Shown here: piece after piece, positions 8,013 through 14,548 of the stretch | Layout of the letters: each line of letters starts with the position of its first letter | Numbering within the stretch: the first letter of the stretch is position 1 | Translations under genes and position numbers: made by a program | Notes under the pieces: model-generated | What the model was told of the DNA's origin: nothing | What the model saw: only the letters and a program-made list of their open reading frames with translations | The model's database searches: none | NCBI GenBank assembly: GCA_964618925.1 | Contig: CAZUCZ010000001.1 | Coordinates: 1,464-53,817 of the forward strand | DNA: 52,354 nt | Reading direction: 5' to 3' | Origin: an uncultured Candidatus Saccharibacteria bacterium | GTDB lineage: Bacteria > Patescibacteriota > Minisyncoccia > Phycocordibacterales > UBA9973

Positions 8013-9242
8013 ATGAAGATATTATCGATCGAAACATCCTGCGACGACACAGGTATCACCATAATGGAAGTCACCGGCGGCATTACGAACGCTTCTTTTA
8101 AGGTGCTCGCAGATAGCGCAAATTCTCAAATCGCGACCCACATCCCCTACGGCGGCGTCTACCCTGCCCTTGCTAAACGCGAACATCAGAAAAATCTACC
8201 TATCTTACTCGAGCAAGTATTGCTCGAAGCAAAACTAGATAAACCTGCCCGCAATGCTTCCGGCATAGCTGGTGCAGGCGGGAAGAAACAACCAGTCGAT
8301 ATCATCGCGGTCACCTATGGTCCCGGGCTCGAAATGTGCCTCTGGGAAGGCATCACCTTTGCAAAAGATCTCGCTAAGAAATGGAATGTGCCGCTCATCC
8401 CGACAGACCACATGGCAGGACACATCTGCTCGGTATTTGGTAAAAAACACAATGCGAACGAGCCGCAGAAAAAAACCAAAGCAAAGTTCCAAATCCCAAA
8501 AATCAAAACACCACTGCTATCTCTACTTGTTTCCGGCGGACACACCCAGCTCATCGTCAGCAAGAAATGGATGGAATACGAGATCATCGGGGAGACACTC
8601 GACGATGCCGTCGGTGAAGCGTATGACAAAGTCGCCCGTATGCTTGGGCTACCCTACCCTGGTGGACCAGAGATTTCAAGACTTGCAAACGAAGCCAGAA
8701 TCAAAAAACTCGGGCACGAACCCGAGAGAAGCCTTGGGAGGAGCGACGGCGACGGACAGAGAAAATTTTCAGCAGAAAATTTTCGTGCTGAATCCGGGTT
8801 CGTGCCCGAGTTTTCCCTCCCCCGCCCTATGTTGAAATCTAAAGATTTTAATTTTTCATATTCTGGATTAAAAACATCAGTATTATATTTGATAAGGGAC
8901 ATGGGTGGACTCGAAAAAATAAACGAAGAGACAAAACGCGCCATCGCACTCGAATTCGAAAACGCGGCAATAGAATGCCTCCTTTATAAAACAGCGAAAG
9001 CAATAGAGAAATACAATATCAAGACGGTGATCGTCGGTGGTGGAGTGTCTGGCAATTCATTCCTGCAACAAGAAATGAAAAAGCTCGTCGGCAAAAATAT
9101 AAAACTTTACATGCCACAGAAAAACCTCTCTGGAGATAATTCCCTCATGATCGGTATCGCCGGCTATCTCGAATACATAAAAAATAAAAAGAAAGTTCCA
9201 AAACCTGAGACCATCAAAGCCGACGGCAATGTAAAGCTCTAA
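8013..9242 (+). CDS. tsaD: tRNA N6-adenosine threonylcarbamoyltransferase TsaD, with lineage-specific insertions
   Basis: MKILSIETSCDDTG, VTYGPGL, LLVSGGHTQL, FSYSGLKT and VGGGVSGN are Kae1/TsaD landmarks. At 409 aa it is about 60-70 aa longer than usual because of at least three inserted segments. Confidence 0.9.
   Translation: MKILSIETSCDDTGITIMEVTGGITNASFKVLADSANSQIATHIPYGGVYPALAKREHQKNLPILLEQVLLEAKLDKPARNASGIAGAGGKKQPVDIIAVTYGPGLEMCLWEGITFAKDLAKKWNVPLIPTDHMAGHICSVFGKKHNANEPQKKTKAKFQIPKIKTPLLSLLVSGGHTQLIVSKKWMEYEIIGETLDDAVGEAYDKVARMLGLPYPGGPEISRLANEARIKKLGHEPERSLGRSDGDGQRKFSAENFRAESGFVPEFSLPRPMLKSKDFNFSYSGLKTSVLYLIRDMGGLEKINEETKRAIALEFENAAIECLLYKTAKAIEKYNIKTVIVGGGVSGNSFLQQEMKKLVGKNIKLYMPQKNLSGDNSLMIGIAGYLEYIKNKKKVPKPETIKADGNVKL
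8709..8810. repeat. 102-bp palindromic element with perfect 16-bp terminal inverted repeats, in frame inside tsaD (codons 233-266)
   Basis: CTCGGGCACGAACCCG (8709-8724) is the exact reverse complement of CGGGTTCGTGCCCGAG (8795-8810). There is an internal 9-bp hairpin AAAATTTTC-AGCA-GAAAATTTT. Length is 102 = 34 codons, starting on a codon boundary. Confidence 0.85.
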
Positions 9243-9283
9243 AGAGGTGCAAAAAGCTACTAAAATATGATATTATTGCTGGT

Positions 9284-11443
9284 ATGGACGAGAAGCTCTT
9301 AAAGCCGTATAACCCAAAAGAAACCGAAGAAAGAATATATAAACTATGGGAGGATAGTGGTTTTTTTAATCCCGATGTCTGTGTAAAGGAAGGTATCACG
9401 AAGGCAGATGCCCCGTATTTTTCTATCGTTCTCCCCCCTCCAAATGCGACTGGTGTGCTCCATCTCGGACATGCACTCGAAGACTCGATGCAAGACACCA
9501 TGATCCGTTATAATCGTATGAAAGGTAAACGCACACTCTGGGTACCCGGCACCGACCACGCAGCTATAGCGACTGATGCAAAGGTGGGAAAAATTCTAGA
9601 AAAAGAAGGTCTGAAAAAACGAGACATCGGACGTGAAAAGTTCCTCGAACGTGTAGATGAGTTCGTAGACAATAGTAGAAAAACAATAGTAAAACAATTA
9701 CGCAAGATCGGTGCTTCGCTCGACTGGTCTCGTGAAGCTTTTACGTATGACGAAGCACGTAACTTTGCAGTACGTACTACATTTAAAAAAATGTATGACG
9801 ATGGACTCATCTACCGAGGTAATAAGATAGTAAACTGGGATCCAAAAGGTCAGACGGTAATCTCCGATGATGAAATAGTCTACGAAGAAAGAAAAGCAAA
9901 ACTCTATACCTTTAAATACAGCAAGGACTTCCCTATCTCTATTTCAACAACTCGCCCGGAAACCAAAGTCGGTGATACTGCGGTGGCGGTGCACCCAGAC
10001 GATGCACGATACAAAGAATTTGTCGGTAAAGAATATGATTTAGAATTTTGTGGAGTGCCGATACATATTAAAATAATAGCTGACAAAGAAGTCGACCCGG
10101 CATTTGGTACTGGTGCACTCGGAGTTACTCCTGCGCATGCGCTCATCGACTGGGAAATGGCAGACAGGCACGACCTCCCTCGCCCACAGGTTATCAACGA
10201 ATACGCAAAGATGATGGTAGGTGGAGAAAACTTACTCGGTAAAAAAACTACTGAAGCAAAAGAAGTAGTAGTAGAATGGCTCCGCTCCGAAGGGCTACTC
10301 GAAAAAGAAGAAGAGATAAATCAAAATATCAGTACTGCTGAGCGCACCGGAGGCATCATCGAACCTCTCCCAAAACTCCAATGGTTCGTCGATGTAAATA
10401 AAAAAATTCCTGAGCGTGGTAACAAATCTTTAAAAGAACTCATGCTCGAACCGGTAAGAAATAAAAACATAGAGATACTACCAGATCATTTTGAAAAAGT
10501 TTATTTTAATTGGATTGAAAATCTCCGTGACTGGTGTATATCAAGACAAATCTGGTACGGACACAGGGTGCCGGTATGGTATAAAAACGATGAAATATAT
10601 TGTGGTGTAGAAGCACCCGGTGGCGAAGGTTGGGTACAAGACGAAGACACTCTCGACACCTGGTTCTCTTCTGGGTTGTGGACTTTTTCTACTCTCGGCT
10701 GGCCAGATATGGATGCATCTGATCTAAAGAATTTCCACCCGACTAACGTCATCAACCCTGGATATGAAATACTCTTCTTCTGGGTCGCACGTATGATCCT
10801 CATGTCTCAATACTTGATCGGTGACATACCTTTCAAGACCGTATACCTGCACGGGATGCTCCGTGATGCAAAGGGACGTAAATTTAGTAAATCTCTCGAC
10901 AATGGCGTAGACCCTATCGAAATCATAAATGAATTCGGCGCAGATGCCCTCCGCATGTCTATGATCGTGGGCATAGGTCCCGGCGCTGATGGAAAGTTCG
11001 ATATACAAAAAGTAAAAGCATATGGAAAATTTAGTAATAAAATCTGGAATGCGACACGATTCGTACTCGACAATACCAAAGATTTTGATTTTGAAAAAGC
11101 TATCGAATATGACGCTGATGACAAAGCTTCAGACGAAGAATTACAAAATCTCGTCACCGAAATCACCAGAGAACTAGATGAATATAAATTCTATATTGTT
11201 GCCGAGAAGCTATATCATTATTTCTGGCACACATTTGCTGATATAATAATAGAACGGTCAAAGAAAAAAATATTAGAAGGAGCCGGTGCCGATTCTGCAA
11301 AGAAATTACTTTATACACACCTCGTCACACTACTCACTGTGCTGCATCCGTTTATGCCGTTCGTAACCGAAGAAATCTGGAGCATGCTCCCTCTAAAAAA
11401 CAAACAGTTATTACTTATTGAAAAATGGCCAACCCAACGATAA
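9284..11443 (+). CDS. valS: Valyl-tRNA synthetase (short form, no C-terminal coiled-coil)
   Basis: PPPNATGVLHLGHA (HIGH), TTRPETKVGDTAVAVHP (editing domain), KFSKSLDN (KMSKS). 719 aa. Confidence 0.9.
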   Translation: MDEKLLKPYNPKETEERIYKLWEDSGFFNPDVCVKEGITKADAPYFSIVLPPPNATGVLHLGHALEDSMQDTMIRYNRMKGKRTLWVPGTDHAAIATDAKVGKILEKEGLKKRDIGREKFLERVDEFVDNSRKTIVKQLRKIGASLDWSREAFTYDEARNFAVRTTFKKMYDDGLIYRGNKIVNWDPKGQTVISDDEIVYEERKAKLYTFKYSKDFPISISTTRPETKVGDTAVAVHPDDARYKEFVGKEYDLEFCGVPIHIKIIADKEVDPAFGTGALGVTPAHALIDWEMADRHDLPRPQVINEYAKMMVGGENLLGKKTTEAKEVVVEWLRSEGLLEKEEEINQNISTAERTGGIIEPLPKLQWFVDVNKKIPERGNKSLKELMLEPVRNKNIEILPDHFEKVYFNWIENLRDWCISRQIWYGHRVPVWYKNDEIYCGVEAPGGEGWVQDEDTLDTWFSSGLWTFSTLGWPDMDASDLKNFHPTNVINPGYEILFFWVARMILMSQYLIGDIPFKTVYLHGMLRDAKGRKFSKSLDNGVDPIEIINEFGADALRMSMIVGIGPGADGKFDIQKVKAYGKFSNKIWNATRFVLDNTKDFDFEKAIEYDADDKASDEELQNLVTEITRELDEYKFYIVAEKLYHYFWHTFADIIIERSKKKILEGAGADSAKKLLYTHLVTLLTVLHPFMPFVTEEIWSMLPLKNKQLLLIEKWPTQR

Positions 11444-11449
11444 TATAAA

Positions 11450-12133
11450 ATGTTTAATGACCCAAAAACTTTAGTGATCGCTTTTATTGGTGGCATTCTG
11501 CCGTCTCTCGTATGGTTATGGTTTTGGGTTAAAGAAGAAGGCAAGAAAAGAGAGCCAAAGGGGTTGCTCACGATCATATTTATCATGGGCATGCTCGCGG
11601 TGCTTTGCGTCCTGCCAATACAAAAACTGATACAGATATATATCACGAACGACATCATACGCATCATAGGCTGGGCGAGCGTGGAAGAGCTCATGAAGCT
11701 TCTTGCGGTAGTTGTCATTCTATATAAAACAGAATACCTGGACGAACCCATCGAATGGCCTATATACCTCATCACGGCAGCCCTCGGATTCGCCGCGCTC
11801 GAGAATGCACTTTTCTTAATAAAACCAGTTGCAGTCGGTGCCACTACGGTGAGCTTGCTGACCGGACACCTTAGATTCCTCGGATCTACCTTGCTTCATA
11901 CTGTTTCAAGTGGCATGCTCGGTATCGCCTTTGGTATTGCATTTCATTTGAAAGGATTTAAAAGATTTTGGCACATTGCCATGGGTTTTATTTTTGCAAT
12001 TACCTTGCATAGTCTCTTTAATTTTTTTATAATAAGAAATGACGGAACAGATTTCTTGAAAGTCTTTGGATTTTTATGGGTCGTCACTATTGTCGTAATG
12101 TTACTTTACGAAAAAGTAAGAAGAATGGAGTAA
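11450..12133 (+). CDS. PrsW-family intramembrane metalloprotease
   Basis: Polytopic membrane protein with EELMKLLAV (E-E-x-x-K) and a later H-x-x-x-N-type motif (TLHSLFNFF), as in PrsW. Confidence 0.65.
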   Translation: MFNDPKTLVIAFIGGILPSLVWLWFWVKEEGKKREPKGLLTIIFIMGMLAVLCVLPIQKLIQIYITNDIIRIIGWASVEELMKLLAVVVILYKTEYLDEPIEWPIYLITAALGFAALENALFLIKPVAVGATTVSLLTGHLRFLGSTLLHTVSSGMLGIAFGIAFHLKGFKRFWHIAMGFIFAITLHSLFNFFIIRNDGTDFLKVFGFLWVVTIVVMLLYEKVRRME

Positions 12134-12163
12134 TAATTTAATAATCATTAACTATATATCATC

Positions 12164-12646
12164 ATGGAGAATAAAAAAAGAACTTTTTTTGAGAGACTCA
12201 CAGGCAGCATTAGTATGAAAGATTACGAAGAAGAAGAAAATCTCAAAAAACATTCAAAGGAGTCAACAAAAGAAGATAAAAAAGAGACTCAGGTATGGGT
12301 AGAAGAAGAGCCCGACGAAGCAGAGCTCGCAGTAGATGTATATCAAACTCCTACACATATCGTAGTCCAGACTATGGTAGCTGGTGTACGACCTGATGAT
12401 CTTGAACTCACCATCGGCAGAGACACCATAACCATTCGCGGCAAGCGAGAAGAAAATCAAACCATTGATGAAGAGAATTATTTCACCAAAGAACTCTATT
12501 GGGGTAAGTTTTCTCGTATCATCACCCTCCCTGCCGAAGTGGAACCCGAAGAAGTCGAAGCAACAGAAAAACACGGACTCCTCACGATCAAAATGCAAAA
12601 AGTAGACAGAGAAAAGAAAAACAGTGTTAAAGTAAAATCAATCTAA
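12164..12646 (+). CDS. Small heat-shock protein (Hsp20/alpha-crystallin family)
   Basis: The alpha-crystallin domain DVYQTPTHIVVQTMVAGVRPDDLELTI...GKFSRIITLPAEVEPEEVEATEKHGLLTIKMQK, preceded by an acidic N-terminal extension. Confidence 0.85.
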   Translation: MENKKRTFFERLTGSISMKDYEEEENLKKHSKESTKEDKKETQVWVEEEPDEAELAVDVYQTPTHIVVQTMVAGVRPDDLELTIGRDTITIRGKREENQTIDEENYFTKELYWGKFSRIITLPAEVEPEEVEATEKHGLLTIKMQKVDREKKNSVKVKSI

Positions 12647-12650
12647 ATAT

Positions 12651-12677
12651 AAAACACCCCACAAAGTGGGGTGTTTT
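12651..12677. terminator. Bidirectional intrinsic terminator (hsp20 on +, tRNA-Phe on -)
   Basis: AAAACACCCCAC-aaa-GTGGGGTGTTTT: a 12-bp stem flanked by an A-run and a T-run, 5 nt after the hsp20 stop. Confidence 0.8.
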
Positions 12678-12685
12678 ATATTATG

Positions 12686-12758
12686 TGCTTGGGGGCAGAA
12701 TCGCACTGCCGACCCTTCCCTCTTCAGGGGAATGCTCTACTAACTGAGCTACCCAAGC
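12686..12758 (-). tRNA. tRNA-Phe (anticodon GAA) with a non-canonical D-loop/T-loop pair
   Basis: Reverse complement is GCTTGGG TA GCTC AGTTAGTA GAGC A TTCCC CTGAAGA GGGAA GGGTC GGCAG TGCGATT CTGCC CCCAAGC A. The T-loop reads TGCGATT (G at position 55) and the D-loop AGTTAGTA (A at position 18). Confidence 0.8.
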
Positions 12759-12764
12759 AAGCTA

Positions 12765-13001
12765 TTACTGATATCCGTTTAAAATACTGTTCGCACCACC
12801 ACCATATACATTGATCAGATCCCCCAAATATGGCTGTATAAAGTAGTACGCACCCGCTGCTGAGCCTATGATGAATAACCAGTATATGATCGTCATAATA
12901 CGCTGTATACGCATAGAACGCATCATAGAATGGAGCATTTTATTGTTCTCTTCACTAAGAGCAACACTTTTATCTAAAAGCTCTTTTTCATCTGGAGGCA
13001 T
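12765..13001 (-). CDS. Small hypothetical membrane protein
   Basis: 78-aa ORF with one clear TM helix (IMTIIYWLFIIGSAAGAYYFI). No family recognised. Confidence 0.4.
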   Translation of the reverse strand: MPPDEKELLDKSVALSEENNKMLHSMMRSMRIQRIMTIIYWLFIIGSAAGAYYFIQPYLGDLINVYGGGANSILNGYQ

Positions 13002-13085
13002 AGTTCAATATTAGCAAAAATGTCCAAAAAAATCCAATTTTCAAAGCTGGCTTTATATGTTATGTTATAAAGGTAGTTTTCATAT

Positions 13086-13157
13086 GCCCTCGTAGTTCAA
13101 TGGATAGAACAGTTCCGTCCTAAGGAATAGATGCACGTTCGATTCGTACCGAGGGCA
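13086..13157 (+). tRNA. tRNA-Arg (anticodon CCU)
   Basis: GCCCTCG TA GTTC AATGGATA GAAC A GTTCC GTCCTAA GGAAT AGAT GCACG TTCGATT CGTAC CGAGGGC A. One C-A mismatch in the T-stem and a 4-nt variable loop. Confidence 0.8.
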
Positions 13158-13238
13158 CTAGATATATGTAATATATCCTTCATTCAGACGTCATAATACT
13201 TATGAACGGTCGAATTTTAATTTTTAAACTACAACACT

Positions 13239-13388
13239 ATGCTTACTACAATCGCAATCATATTAATAGCCTTATGGCTTCTCGGATTAGTCACCTCATA
13301 TACCCTCGGAGGATTTATACACATACTACTTGTCATCGCAATCGTTATAGTCTTACTCAGACTGATACGCGGTGAAAAAGTATTCTAA
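13239..13388 (+). CDS. lmo0937-family small membrane protein (49 aa; below the ORF-track cut-off)
   Basis: Hand translation gives MLTTIAIILIALWLLGLVTSYTLGGFIHILLVIAIVIVLLRLIRGEKVF. The GGFIHILLVIAIV..L.RLIRG pattern is the lmo0937-family signature as I remember it. A strong terminator follows. Confidence 0.6.
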   Translation: MLTTIAIILIALWLLGLVTSYTLGGFIHILLVIAIVIVLLRLIRGEKVF

Positions 13389-13392
13389 AAAT

Positions 13393-13422
13393 AAAAAACT
13401 CTACCTCACGGTAGAGTTTTTT
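13393..13422. terminator. Bidirectional intrinsic terminator between convergent genes
   Basis: AAAAAACTCTACC-tcac-GGTAGAGTTTTTT: a 13-bp stem including the A/T runs. Confidence 0.8.
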
Positions 13423-13443
13423 ATTTAGGATCATATTGTTAAG

Positions 13444-13683
13444 TTAGACAGCAACTCCGAGCATGTTGGCTATTTTTGATTGATCAAACCCAACAGTCAG
13501 TTCATCACCGATCACAATAACCGGCACACCCATTTGTCCGCTCTTTTCTACCATTTCTTTTCTTTTATCTAGGTCACTCGCCACATCATGCTCTGTATAA
13601 GCGACATTGTGTGCCTTAAAGAACTCTTTTGCCATGTGGCAAAAATGACATGTCGGTGTTGAATAAATAGTTACATTTTTCAT
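13444..13683 (-). CDS. Glutaredoxin-like protein (NrdH/YruB type)
   Basis: 79 aa. IYSTPTCHFCHMAKEFF carries the CxxC motif and GVPVIVIGDELTVGFD is the thioredoxin-fold C-terminus. Confidence 0.8.
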   Translation of the reverse strand: MKNVTIYSTPTCHFCHMAKEFFKAHNVAYTEHDVASDLDKRKEMVEKSGQMGVPVIVIGDELTVGFDQSKIANMLGVAV

Positions 13684-13716
13684 AGAAATATTAATTAATT
13701 ATTAATGGATATACAT

Positions 13717-13747
13717 TATATCAATAAGCGAAGAGTAACGCAAAAGT
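13717..13747. repeat. 31-bp direct repeat, copy 1
   Basis: TATATCAATAAGCGAAGAGTAACGCAAAAGT. It is 30/31 identical to 13791-13821. Confidence 0.85.
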
Positions 13748-13790
13748 TTACTTTTATGTTATCTGAGTGCCATTGATATATAGTACGCTA

Positions 13791-13821
13791 TATATCAATA
13801 AGCGAGGAGTAACGCAAAAGT
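13791..13821. repeat. 31-bp direct repeat, copy 2, abutting the 3' end of tRNA-Gly
   Basis: TATATCAATAAGCGAGGAGTAACGCAAAAGT. The last base is the tRNA-Gly discriminator position. Its first 8 nt form the right arm of a perfect 26-nt palindrome (13773-13798). Confidence 0.85.
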
Positions 13822-13891
13822 GCGGGATACGAGAATCGAACTCGTGTTTAATCCTTGGGAAGGACTCGTTCTACCACTAGACCAATCCCGC
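13821..13891 (-). tRNA. tRNA-Gly (anticodon CCC)
   Basis: Reverse complement is GCGGGAT TG GTCT AGTGGTA GAAC G AGTCC TTCCCAA GGATT AAAC ACGAG TTCGATT CTCGT ATCCCGC A. One mismatch in the D-stem. Confidence 0.8.
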
Positions 13892-13907
13892 AAAACAGGC
13901 ATATATA

Positions 13908-14291
13908 TTATTTAAACCAATTCTTCCAGAAAAACAAGAACGAAAAGAACCCATGATATGCAGTAGCTTCTACTGGTGGTGTATTTTTATCATCGACGAC
14001 AACGATAAGCTCCTCACCTTCTTTGACTACGGGGAATTTCTCTCTAATACTCTCTTCGATGCCTTCTTGGCTTTGAAGCTTGGCAACGTCATTCGAAAAG
14101 ATCTCTTTTTTCTTTTGAGACTCCATGAGCTTATTCTCAGCGAGTCGTCTATTTTCCCTGGTCATCTGCATCTTATTAAATAAACCGATCACCCCCCACG
14201 CAAAGAGTAGCAATAAAATAACCAAACATATTAAGACTGGTTTAGACTCTAAGACGCTCCGCCATCTCTTCTTTTGTTGAAAATCTTCCAT
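13908..14291 (-). CDS. Septum-formation initiator-like protein (FtsB/DivIC family)
   Basis: N-terminal TM helix (VLICLVILLLLFAWGVIGLF), then a coiled-coil (RENRRLAENKLMESQKKKEIFSNDVAKLQ), then EESIREKF..VKEGEELIVV, as in FtsB/DivIC. Confidence 0.6.
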   Translation of the reverse strand: MEDFQQKKRWRSVLESKPVLICLVILLLLFAWGVIGLFNKMQMTRENRRLAENKLMESQKKKEIFSNDVAKLQSQEGIEESIREKFPVVKEGEELIVVVDDKNTPPVEATAYHGFFSFLFFWKNWFK

Positions 14292-14311
14292 GATATGGTA
14301 TTATACTACAT

Positions 14312-14425
14312 ATGCTTTTCAATAAAAAACATCAGAAGAAAATACAGTTTGTCTGGGCACTCGTAAGCATCCTCATCATCCTCAGTATGATACTGCTCTA
14401 TTCCCCTATTTTTAGATTAAAATAA
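14312..14425 (+). CDS. Possible 37-aa membrane peptide (speculative)
   Basis: Hand translation gives MLFNKKHQKKIQFVWALVSILIILSMILLYSPIFRLK: a basic N-terminus plus one TM helix. No clear SD. Only the ORF and its hydrophobicity support it. Confidence 0.2.
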   Translation: MLFNKKHQKKIQFVWALVSILIILSMILLYSPIFRLK

Positions 14426-14443
14426 GCCGGCAGAGTAAAATAT

Positions 14444-14527
14444 AATCTTTTGAAGGGGTTTGGCGAGTGACGGCGAGCCAACTTCAGGATTTTTTAACCT
14501 TCAAAAAATCCGTACCGAAAAAAGATT
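14444..14527. repeat. Intergenic palindromic element, copy A
   Basis: Outer arms AATCTTTT/AAAAGATT. Contains GAGTGACGGCGAG and a 9-bp hairpin GGATTTTTT-AACCTTC-AAAAAATCC (14487-14511). About three-quarters identical by eye to 34514-34600. Confidence 0.8.
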
Positions 14528-14548
14528 GATATTTTATTTGGATTTTTA

